The position numbers and the translations under genes were made by a program. A DNA stretch of 64,000 nucleotides from Paraspadella gotoi (Eukaryota; Animalia; Chaetognatha). The notes below the pieces were generated by a model. That model did no database searches and was not told the DNA's origin. It saw only the letters and a list, made by a program, of their open reading frames with translations. Each line of letters opens with the position of its first letter. Within the stretch, counting starts at the first letter, position 1. Below are positions 29,340-39,353 of the stretch, in pieces. The stretch spans positions 6,534,367 through 6,598,366 of the forward strand of contig CM119267.1 in NCBI GenBank assembly GCA_051294375.1, written 5' to 3'.

Positions 29340-30926
29340 CGTCTTAGCGCAGGGATGCCGATTTTCGGTAAGTTATTGGCGTTAAGGTAACAGTTCGAGA
29401 GGGAAAAAATGAGGTTCTCATCCTTAGGGGGAAAAAAAAACCAAACGAAACTTAGTCGTTGTTATCGTTTTCGGTGATCAACAGCAGTGCGGACTGCGGA
29501 CCATCAAAATAATAGAATGAAAATAATAAGGCATTATTTAAATTTGCGATTGATTCGCCGGCGCATGATCTTTTTAAAATCTAAAATAAGCATCCATGAC
29601 TAAGATGGAGAATCGTGCTCAGAGAGTGGACACCACTTAAGATAGAAAATACTAATGTTCACTTGTTCCACGGGAGAAAAAAAAAGACAAAATCCCGAAA
29701 ACACCGAACATGCTCGTACTAAATTGTTATAATACGCAATGATGCCTATAGGCTATACCATTATTCAATGCTTCCCCATCCCAGTTCAGTTAACATTTCC
29801 CCACAAAGGAAATTTATTTATGTATCTGACTTTATGTTTGGGAATTTATCATAAGTAAAGCCGTTAATTATAATGATTTTGATACACGACGAAATGCTTA
29901 AATACTAACAAAATTAATATTTCAAACACAATTGTATTATATAGAGTTCGACACATGTACACAACGCAGTGCGACGCTTTAATTCCCTCGTTTGCTCCCT
30001 TTACTAACGTTAACATGCATGGATGATGGGGAAATGGATATCAAGGAATGACCCGACTTGGAGACGTAGCGCAAACGAGCCATTTCCGCTTGAATCTGTT
30101 CCTGACGCTCATAATGAATAAGCATGTGTTTTCTGTTTAATAAAAAAAATTGTGACACCGGGAGAATGGTTGGGTTTTTAAAATAGGGATATAATGGTAC
30201 TCGATTCGCATAAGAGCATAATTTTTACATTTGTCGACTGGGGTTAAGGGGTTTAGTGTAAAGGGTGTTTTAAGTTTAATAAATAATAATTTATAATTTT
30301 AATAATAAAATTTTTAAATAATATTTCAAATAGGCGAAAATCTCAGTCGGAAAAAGTAAAATTATACTCGGATTAGTATTAATATTATAAATTTAGAAGG
30401 TTGAACTCTTAAGCATCGCTACATAAATGAGTAGCGGTAGACGATCAAATTCAAATTTTAATGAGAACAACATGAAACAAATCCATTATTGGTATTAGTC
30501 ATTGTGTTAAAATATTTTTTTCTGATAGAGCTTAAAAAGTTAAGCAAAAAATGTAATTACAACTTTTGACAATTTTAATGTTTTACCATGATGGAAAAAA
30601 AAATATTCGCGGTTTGGAAAAGTCGGTAAATTTCATTGTCAAATATATTTTTTGGTCGGTAAATAAGTTTTAATATGTAATATGACCTCCCTAGGACTGA
30701 ATAAAAAGATTATTTCTAAACAGCATAAAATTATTTAATACAATCAAATACTTCCAAAAGAGGTTATCTCCAACTGTTTTCACCTCTTTTTGATCAAGAG
30801 GACTACTCACATTATTGTTAATATTATATCTTTGGCATAATATTTTTTATCAAATTTAGGGCAAAAAAAGGTCCTTGGCAAGCATTGAAAAAGATTGATC
30901 CCCTATAAAGTAAACAGTGTTAAAAG

Positions 30927-31157
30927 TATGGTGGACTAAAATCCACCAACCGTTCATCAGTGGCCATTGGTGCCGGAGGCTAGTCATTCGCCTCCCAACC
31001 CAAAGGTCCGGGGTTCTAGCCCGGTGGTCGCCTGGCAGTTAAGAGGGACGGGGCGCTTAACCCGCCTGTAACATGGTGTTACAGCCTGATCCGAAGCTCA
31101 GGGACTGCTTATATTGAACGGTTCTGTCACTAACACAACAATAATTACTGTCTCTCC
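30927..31157 (+). mobile_element. Family 1 repeat, full length; twister at 31035-31108
   Basis: Same 231-bp element, with a perfect 5-bp TSD aaaag at 30922-30926 and 31158-31162. Confidence 0.9.
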
Positions 31158-31576
31158 AAAAGTATGTTTTAGTAAAAATGAAACCAAAACAGTAACTTAC
31201 TCGAAACTTACCTGCTTACTTCAAATTATTTAAACCAAAATACAATGTACACCTTGCCAAAAGCATTGTTATACTATAAATGAGTATTTCCAAAAAATAT
31301 TTTTAACTGTTATGTCTTAGAATGAGATTAAATAATAAGTTTTCAAACATTTTTCTGCCAAACCGCGCGGAGAAAATCGAGCAGTTGCCTTTGCTGCATC
31401 AAAAAAAGCAGTATATTAAAGAATTTCAAAAATATTAAAATATCGTCTAAAAGCTAAGAGAGTCTTATACAAATATTTATTCAGATTTTAAAAATAATTA
31501 AGAGTTTTAGAGTAATGATTTTTTAAATTTTGTCTCTATATATGGTCCCACCGCTGTAGTATAAATGAAAAGTGTA

Positions 31577-31856
31577 GATAGTGGCGAATCCTGAATTCGC
31601 CTCCCGTATATAGTTCACCAACCGTGAGTTCCGGGTTCAATCCCCTCACGGTCACACTGGTTAAAGTGTGATGTGTCGGAATAAACACGCCAGTGACATG
31701 GGGTGGTCACTGCAGGTCCAAAGCCCTGAGCGCCAGCTGTCGGGAGATGCCTCACACCCCAGGTATCACACATGTCCCTCCGTTGCCATAAGTGGTGAGC
31801 CCTACTATCGAACACGCAACCGCTGCGTACCGTCGCTCACGTCGTCGCTTAAATAA
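31577..31856 (+). mobile_element. Family 2 GC-rich repeat with a B-box head and a twister fold
   Basis: GC-rich island in AT-rich DNA, with a 5' hairpin GGCGAAT..ATTCGCC and a B-box GGTTCAATCCC. Boundaries are approximate. Confidence 0.6.
31657..31736 (+). ncRNA. Twister ribozyme, type P5 (candidate)
   Basis: P5 CTGGT/GCCAG; P2 GTGT/ACAC; GA; U^AA at 31682/31683; GC; P3 CAGTGAC/GTCACTG; P4 CAGG/CCTG; L4 UCCAAAGC; conserved A after P4. One T1 mismatch (TGT vs CCA). Confidence 0.75.
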
Positions 31857-32756
31857 AACATAAAAAAATGAGTGTAGCAATATGAAACATATTATTCTAA
31901 AAGATCTTGATGATGAGAAGCTATATCTAAATTTTTAGCTTCTTATGTTTATATACTTTTACAATTTCTAATTATAAAAAAGCGTAACGACGATAACGAT
32001 AACGACAACAAAGACTACGATGGCACCAACAAGCAATACTAAACGATTATATCGCGGGCTTAAGCCCGTCTGGCGAGATAAAAAAATAAACCTGAAAATG
32101 AAGGTGAATCGGAGATAAGCGATGCTCGTGATGATGCCCAACAAAATAACAGTAACCACAACGGTTACGATATATGCAAATGGATGGATAGGTCGATACA
32201 CTTTTCCAAGAGATTCAATCGCGAATTCCGTGGACAATTCGCAGAAACTTACTTGAGGGTCGACAACGCGAACTGCAATGACAAAAGAAAATGGAATATC
32301 TGTATTTACCATAAAAATCCAAAGTCACTTCCTGAACAGAAGAATCTCATCACCATGACGCGTAGAAACAACTCGACAAACTGAAACCATGGATCATGGT
32401 TTCAGTTTGTCGATACGTAATACGTGATACGTAATACCATTTAGAGGTTAATTTTACTTTCGCCGACCGGGGTTAGAGGGGGGTTGTAGGGTTAGGGGTA
32501 AGTAATATTAATTAAAAAATAAACATTTTTAAGTAATTTTTCAAAAAACCGTTGGCGAAAGTAAAATTTTACCCAAAGTAGTTATCAACTTTTTATTATT
32601 ACCCCCTCCGCTCCAGATGTATAAACTAAATTAAATTAACCATTTGACACAAAAGCATCGTAACCCTCGCAAACCTTGGATAATTGCGAAAGTCAAAATT
32701 TATACAAGAAACAAGAAATGTGAATTTATGTTAGTAAAAAATAAAAACAATGAAAC

Positions 32757-35300
32757 CTACATCATGTAAAATATGTCTTGCCTGCGCACCGACTTACCTT
32801 TAAAAAAAAAAAATCCATTGTATTGTGAACAAAATATTAGCATATTACCCTGCTTTGAGCCCAAAATTACGTAATCGCTTTCATCATTGACGGAAGAAAG
32901 GTCATAACTAAAAATAATATTGTTGGATTTTATACATACAGAGCTTCAATTACGGAGCTTCAATTTTTTTCTATTTATTTTTTAGTTACTATAATTACTC
33001 GCATAAAACTTTTTTTACGGTCTTGCTGCAAGGAATTTTGTACTGGCGGCACTTGTCACAAGGAACATACTTATCAAAAAATATATGATGCCATTCTTCA
33101 CGAGGAATAATAGGGCGACTTTTGAAAGCTATTCTCCTGACCTAAAAAAATCGACTTATCAGACCTTATCATTTTAGTCATAACCATTTCGATTTTTCAT
33201 GACTTACATCTCCCCACGTTAGGACTCGTCGATCGCATTCGAAGTCTTCCGTTTTAAAATAAGCAAAACGATCATTATTTTCTGTTTCCATGACGACAAA
33301 ATCCTGTTAGCAAAGTAAAATTTTTTAAAAAAATTTTATGTTAAAAATCATTTTAATTTTAGGTGATACTAGAAAGTAAATAAATTGTCAAATTAAGTAC
33401 GGAGACTCTAAATATGCCCAACAAACATTCCACATGGCGGGAAAACAAATATATTTGCATCAAAATATTTTGACCTTATTCAGAAACTTACTTCCGTGAG
33501 AGGACGATAGTATTTGTCTCCAACGAAGAGCCACAGATTCGGAAAGAAAGCTTCTTTTGCATCTACTGCTCTAACGCAACCCCACTTGTCCTGGTTCCAT
33601 GACTTCTCATGATTAACTTTTGAACCATTTTCCAACTTTAAACTGTACTTAATTCGCCGAATTCCATGACAAATGGGAAATCGATTGAATTCCGGCGCTG
33701 ATCTGCAAACAAGCATAAGTTCGGCTCTGTTTAAGTTTTTGGGTTTTAAAGCTGAACTTGGCAATTGAGGAATGACTAATGAGGGAATGATTAAATGAAC
33801 AATTTTAAAAATATAAAATTTAAAATAAGTAAGTCGAAAATATACGAAAACCTGTGAATCGGCTTGGGGTTCCATTCAATGCGAATTTCAACTTTTGGGT
33901 TGTTATTAGCGTCCAAAGGGCAACCTGGAAATGGAATGTACGCAACTGTCACAGCTCGTTTTAATAAAAAATCAGATTGAGATTAAAGACGTCGTTATTA
34001 TTATTTTAATAGTAAGAAATTTGTCCTTAACTGATATATATGAAAGGCAAAAAACATACCTCGTTCAATCAATCTATTTTTATATCCTCCATTTAGGCAC
34101 TTTTCAGAGACTTCATTAACAACCATTTCTGACCTAATATAAAATGAATATAAAGGCGAGGAGAAGACAGAAATATAGTAATGAATTCAATCGTCCTTAA
34201 TAGTCCCTCATCTTTGGATCAGGCTGTAGCCCAAGCTTCGGTAAGTCAAGCGCCCCGTCCCACTAACTGCTAGGCGACCACTGGGCTACAACCGCTAAGT
34301 GCGCTAAGTGGGCCTGAAGAGTACTATCTGAACTTATGCAATGCCCGACTACATGCCCCCAGATTGTTACCCACCCTGCACTGCTTCCAGTGGAGGGAGG
34401 GGAGCAATCTTCAGCAAATCCATGGGCCTGGAATCAGAAGGTTGGAATACGCTCGACAGGATGGGCTCAACAGAGTGGATAAGACGCTAAGTGGGGCTGA
34501 AGAGTACTATCCACAACTTCATTAACCCCCTCTAGCAGCCATGGAACGGGTCCTGGGCTTTGAACCAGGCTTGAGGGTTTTCCACGCCCCAAGGCGGCTT
34601 ACGACCATTCTCATGCTTCCGGCAGGGTAGGTACCGAGTTCAATCTCATGATGGCTTTACTCAATGAGCCACCGGGTCACGACTGTAGGTGTCATGCTTA
34701 TAGGCAGGGTGAACTTATGCAATGCCCGACTACATGCCCCCAGATTGTTACCCACCCTGCACTGCTTCCAGTGGAGGGAGGGGAGCAATCTTCAGCAAAT
34801 CCATGGGCCTGGAATCAGAAGGTTGGAATACGCTCGACAGGATGGGCTCAACAGAGTGGATAAGACGCTAAGTGGGGCTGAAGAGTACTATCCACAACTT
34901 CATTAACCCCCTCTAGCAGCCATGGAACGGGTCCTGGGCTTTGAACCAGGCTTGAGGGTTTTCCACGCCCCCCCAAGGCGGCTTACGACCATTCTCATGC
35001 TTCCGGCAGGGTAGGTACCGAGTTCAATCTCATGATGGCTTTACTCAATGAGCCACCGGGTCACGACTGTAGGTGTCATGCTTATAGGCGGGGTGAACTT
35101 ATGCAATGCCCGACTACAGACTTTCCTCCGGGTCTGTTTGATGGATTTTAATCCAACATAACGATCAATGTTAATATTGATATCAATAAAGACAACTCAA
35201 CGACCAACTTTAATATTTACTTATGTAGAGAATAAAAAGCGAAAAAACAAAGCGTTCACTTGATCGGAACTTCGATTCGAACGATGCGCAGCCCTACCAT
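32757..35300 (-). CDS. Unannotated 8-exon gene, ~255 aa, no family recognised
   Basis: Exons 35260-35300, 34060-34133, 33852-33954, 33492-33702, 33208-33303, 32999-33141, 32849-32907 and 32757-32797 join with GT-AG sites into a stop-free 768-nt frame. The terminal exons are uncertain. Confidence 0.7.
34330..35160 (-). repeat. Tandem array of a ~381-bp GC-rich monomer (family 3) with a degenerate twister-like fold
   Basis: Units start at 34330, 34711 and 35095 (partial); the two full units are nearly identical. A diverged partial copy lies at ~60998-61202 (+), and a family 1 fragment at 34202-34292. Confidence 0.85.
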
Positions 35301-36310
35301 AAGCATAAAAAGTGTTTTTTATTAAATATTTAATTGAATTTGATTCTTTAAGAAAAACTTTGCTATTCGTTTTCCCATTGATCTTTAGAGCGTATCAATC
35401 ATCAGGAATAACCTTTACTTTTATACCAGATGTAAACTAAATTGATTAAAATGATTACAATTACCCAAGATAGGAGCATTTTTAATAAACAGACCGACCA
35501 AAAAGTGACTTATTGAGTTATCACGTAACTAAAAAAAGTTGACGGCTCAGTGGGCATTTTAGTAGTCTGGCAAGCTTCCATGGGACGGGTTGGAATATCT
35601 TTACAAAACCTTGGGAATATTACCTTGGTACCAAAATAAGAGTTGAGATAGAACGATTTTTTGTCTACAAAGCCAAAAGGTTCGTAATCGGGTTACTCCA
35701 ATATGCAAATGAGATTAACGTATCACAGTAATATTTTAATTTAATAAAAACTTATTAATCTTATATAAAAATTTAAATAAATATAATAAAATCAAATTAA
35801 AAAGCTAGTATATATAGTTTTATCAGCAGATAGGATAAAAAAAATAATATTAAGCACTAAAAAGCATATGAAAATACTATTGCAATAAAGGTTTTTTGTA
35901 ACTTAATCTTGAAAGATAGTAAGACAGTAAAGCAAGGACAAAAAACTATTAAGACAGATAGAAAGATACAGATCAATCAGTTTTTTGTTTTGCTCACAAC
36001 CATTTTGGTACTGTTTACTTGAATCATAGCAAGGATTCTTCGGATGCTTTCCTTTCCAGCGCTCTCATCAATTAATTTCAGAGTAAGATTAATAGTAAAA
36101 AGAATTCATGATTGTTTTTGTAATTCTCTCCGTCGTTATCATAGTTATTATCTTTGTTTGTTTGCTTTAAAAAAGACTACAAAGTTGAAAAAAGCTTTTG
36201 GCTTACCTGCAAAAAATATAAAAATGTTTATTCTTTCTAGAATAAAAAAATACTTTTATGTAAGGTGATGGCAAACAAGGTGAGGAAACTATTTTCATTT
36301 TGTTGGTGCT

Positions 36311-36543
36311 GAAGAGACAGTGATAACTGTTATGTGTTAGTGACAGAACCGTTCAATATAAGCAGTCCCTGAGCTTCGGATCAGGCTGTAACACCATGTT
36401 ACAGGCGGGTTAAGCGCCCCGTCCCTCTTAACTGCCAGACGACCACCGGGCTAGAACCCCGGACCTTTGGGTTGGGAGGCGAATGTCTTGCCTCCGGCAC
36501 CAATGGCCGCTGATGAACGATTGGTGGATTTTAGTCCACTATA
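36311..36543 (-). mobile_element. Family 1 repeat, full length; twister at 36362-36435
   Basis: Reverse-complement copy with a perfect 5-bp TSD gtgct at 36306-36310 and 36544-36548. Confidence 0.9.
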
Positions 36544-37761
36544 GTGCTAAATTTTGTTTTTATACATCACTAGTGTGGAAAAGAGTGAGCATTATCATTT
36601 AATTTGAGCTAATAAGATATGACAGTAAAAAAATTAATATTATTTTAGAATTTTAATTTTGGGGCCACTTGGAGGTTAATAAAAAAGCGAGGGTAAATCT
36701 TTCATTTGTCATGGGTAAGGTTCAGTTTTATCAAATTCCAACTTTTATTGCTTTACACTATTATAAAGCCTATATTTAAATCTTTTACCACTGATAATAA
36801 CTTAAAAAAATATATTTTTTGTATTTGCAAATACAATTATGTCAAAATTATATTGTAGGAATGAATAAACGAGTTTGTGAAAGGAAGGAAGGAAGGAAGG
36901 AACTGCTCTGTCATTATCTTATACACTACCGCGCAAAAAAAAACTTTTTCACATCGAAAAAAACCGTATTGGATGGCTGAATTTTACAAAGATATAGATA
37001 CATGAAATAAAGCTTATTGAACGATAAAGCAATTGGTACAAGTCCCAATAAAATCGAGCAAAGTGTTCGAAAGTTATAGGACGACAAAGTCGATTAGTAC
37101 AAAAATCGAAAAAGAAGAAATTAGTTTTCGTCAAAAAGAGTCAATGACTTTTCCCTATTAAAAGTGTTTATAATATGAAATTGGTACAACCAATATAAAA
37201 ATTATGAATTCATTTAATAAATAAGCTATCTTGCCCCTGACTCTGCCCATCACTCTGACAAGATACTTACATGTTTCGTTTATTTACTCCCAAAGTACCT
37301 GGCTTCCCTATCAATAAAGTGGTATAATGTTTCAAAGAATGTTTCAATTGTATGAAAATACCACTCCCTTAAGTATTAGATTGGCGAAAACTTAAATTAT
37401 ACTCTACTCAGCATCAAAATACAAAGAGCTGAATTTTATGAAATTGGTATAACCAATATAAAAATTATCTATTCATTTAATAAATAAACTATCTTGCCCC
37501 TGACTTTGGACAGGCTTTGGTGGTTTAAGGTCTCCATCACTCCTACAAAATAATGATATAGCAGGTCCCTGCAAGCTTTCAATCAAGACTTTCTCACAGT
37601 CTCGTTTATTCACTCCCAGAGTACCTGGCTTCCCTATTAATAAGAAATTTATTTCATATCATAATGATGATAATGAAGTGGTATAATGATTCAAAAAATG
37701 TTTTAATTATATTGTATTAGGACAAAAACAGTTTTATTTGACAAGATTAATTGACACAATT

Positions 37762-37804
37762 TAGTCAGACATGTTTCGGCTCTTTCTCTTAGAGCCTTCA
37801 TCAG
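37762..37804 (-). ncRNA. Minimal hammerhead, second copy; 5' helix I strand displaced by a MITE
   Basis: Core is identical to 39310-39346 on the opposite strand. Confidence 0.65.
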
Positions 37805-38400
37805 TAAGCGTAGTGAAAGTTACTATGGAAATTCTAAAAGTAAATTATGAACACATACCATCAGTAAACATTAATTTGTAAAAAAAAATCATTTTATGTT
37901 TTTTAATTTTCGCAGTAGGCTATATTTATATATAGTACTATCCTTATAAAATCGAAAAATTTCAAAATAAGCTTTTCTTAATTTTGATTGCAGATTTGAA
38001 TTCCTCGTCAAAAGTTGATAAAAGAAAATATTAATTATTTTTAAAAATTCGTCATTAAGTGGGTTAAAAATTAAAAAAACTATATTTATATATAAAAAGT
38101 TAATTTTCAGTTATAAATATAGCTTTTTTTAATTTTTGACCCACTTAATGAAGGAATTTTCAAAAAGGGTTATATTTCTTTTTTATGACGAATCCAAATC
38201 TGCAAAAAAAACTTTAAAAAAACTGTTTTGAAATTTAATATTTATTGGATTAGTACTAGTATAAATATGGCCTACTGCGTTAAATTGTAAAATTTATTAT
38301 AAATTTTTTATATATATATATTTCATTAGTATAATATTGTTCGTTCCTGCATTTTTAGAATTTTAATTAAAGTTAAATTTAAAAATTTTACTACGCCTTA
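37805..38400. mobile_element. 596-bp foldback MITE with an 8-bp TSD (hAT-like)
   Basis: Termini taagcgtagt / actacgcctta; long internal inverted symmetry about ~38095; TSD ttcatcag at 37797-37804 and 38401-38408. Confidence 0.75.
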
Positions 38401-38452
38401 TTCATCAGTGCTTTTGACAATCAATATTTAGTCTCTGTTGAAGTAAGTTTTG

Positions 38453-38484
<32 letters not shown>

Positions 38485-39302
38485 ATTGAGGGAGAGTTTC
38501 CAACAAAGAATAAGGTAAGGGACATTGGTCAGATGTGAGGACAGCTGAAGGTAAGGAGAGGAAAGAAGTAAGTCTTTGAAAATGAAAAAGAGTGAGAGAG
38601 AGAGAGAGAGCAAGCAAAAATTTAAACAATACATTTAGCAATGTACAACAGGATAAAGTGCATTAATAATACTAAATATAAACTGAAATTAAATGTTAAC
38701 AACAGAAATAAATAAGTAGAATAAAGTGAATTTGAAATAGAAAATAAGTAGTGAGGGATAGATAAGTAAGAGAAAAGTGAAAGTAAGTAAAAAAAAGGCA
38801 AAAATGAGCTATGCCCCCCCCGGCCGGGCAATGGAGGACGTTGACGATAAGGTCGGGTCATTGGCCTGTCATAGGTTTGCGAGGGTATATATGTTGAGTT
38901 TGTCATGCTGGGATCCGGAAGAGATCATTTTTGAGCTCTTCTTTACTTACTTTCACTTTTCTTTACTTATCTATCCCTCACCACTTATTTTCTATTTACA
39001 ATTTCACTTTATTCTACTAACTTATTTATTTACTGTTGTTAACATTTAATTTCAGTTTATATTTAGATTATTTAATGCACTTTATCTCTGTTGTACATTG
39101 CTAAATGTATTGTTTAAATTTTTGCTTCTCTTCTCTCTCTCTCACTCTTTTTCATTTTTCAAAGACTTACTTCTTTCCTCTCCTTCCTTCAGCTGTCCTC
39201 ACATCTGACCACTGTCCTTACCTTATTCTTTTTTAAACTCTCCTCCATTTTTTCTCTCTCTCTCTCTCAAACTTACTTCACAGAGAATAAATATTGATTG
39301 TC

Positions 39303-39353
39303 AAAAGCACTGATGAAGGCTCTAAGAGAAAGAGCCGAAACATGTCTGACTAA
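39303..39353 (+). ncRNA. Minimal type-I hammerhead ribozyme (Penelope type)
   Basis: CTGATGA-A-GGCTCT-aagagaa-AGAGCC-GAAA-CATGT-C. Helix III is the palindrome ACATGT; predicted cleavage after C39346. Confidence 0.75.

Noticed and set aside
34492-34530. ggggCTGAAGAg...cccc as a hammerhead
   Set aside because: It lacks helix II and GAAA; the segment fits a simple GTGGATA/TATCCAC hairpin instead.
36200-36220. tttttgcag|gtaag as a recursive splice site
   Set aside because: No long intron or host transcript can be shown from the sequence; it could be an ordinary UTR exon end.
36470-36520. HDV-like (GGCGAATG) or hammerhead (CTGATGA) motifs on the opposite strand of family 1
   Set aside because: No matching P1/P2/P3 for an HDV fold, and no downstream GAAA for a hammerhead.
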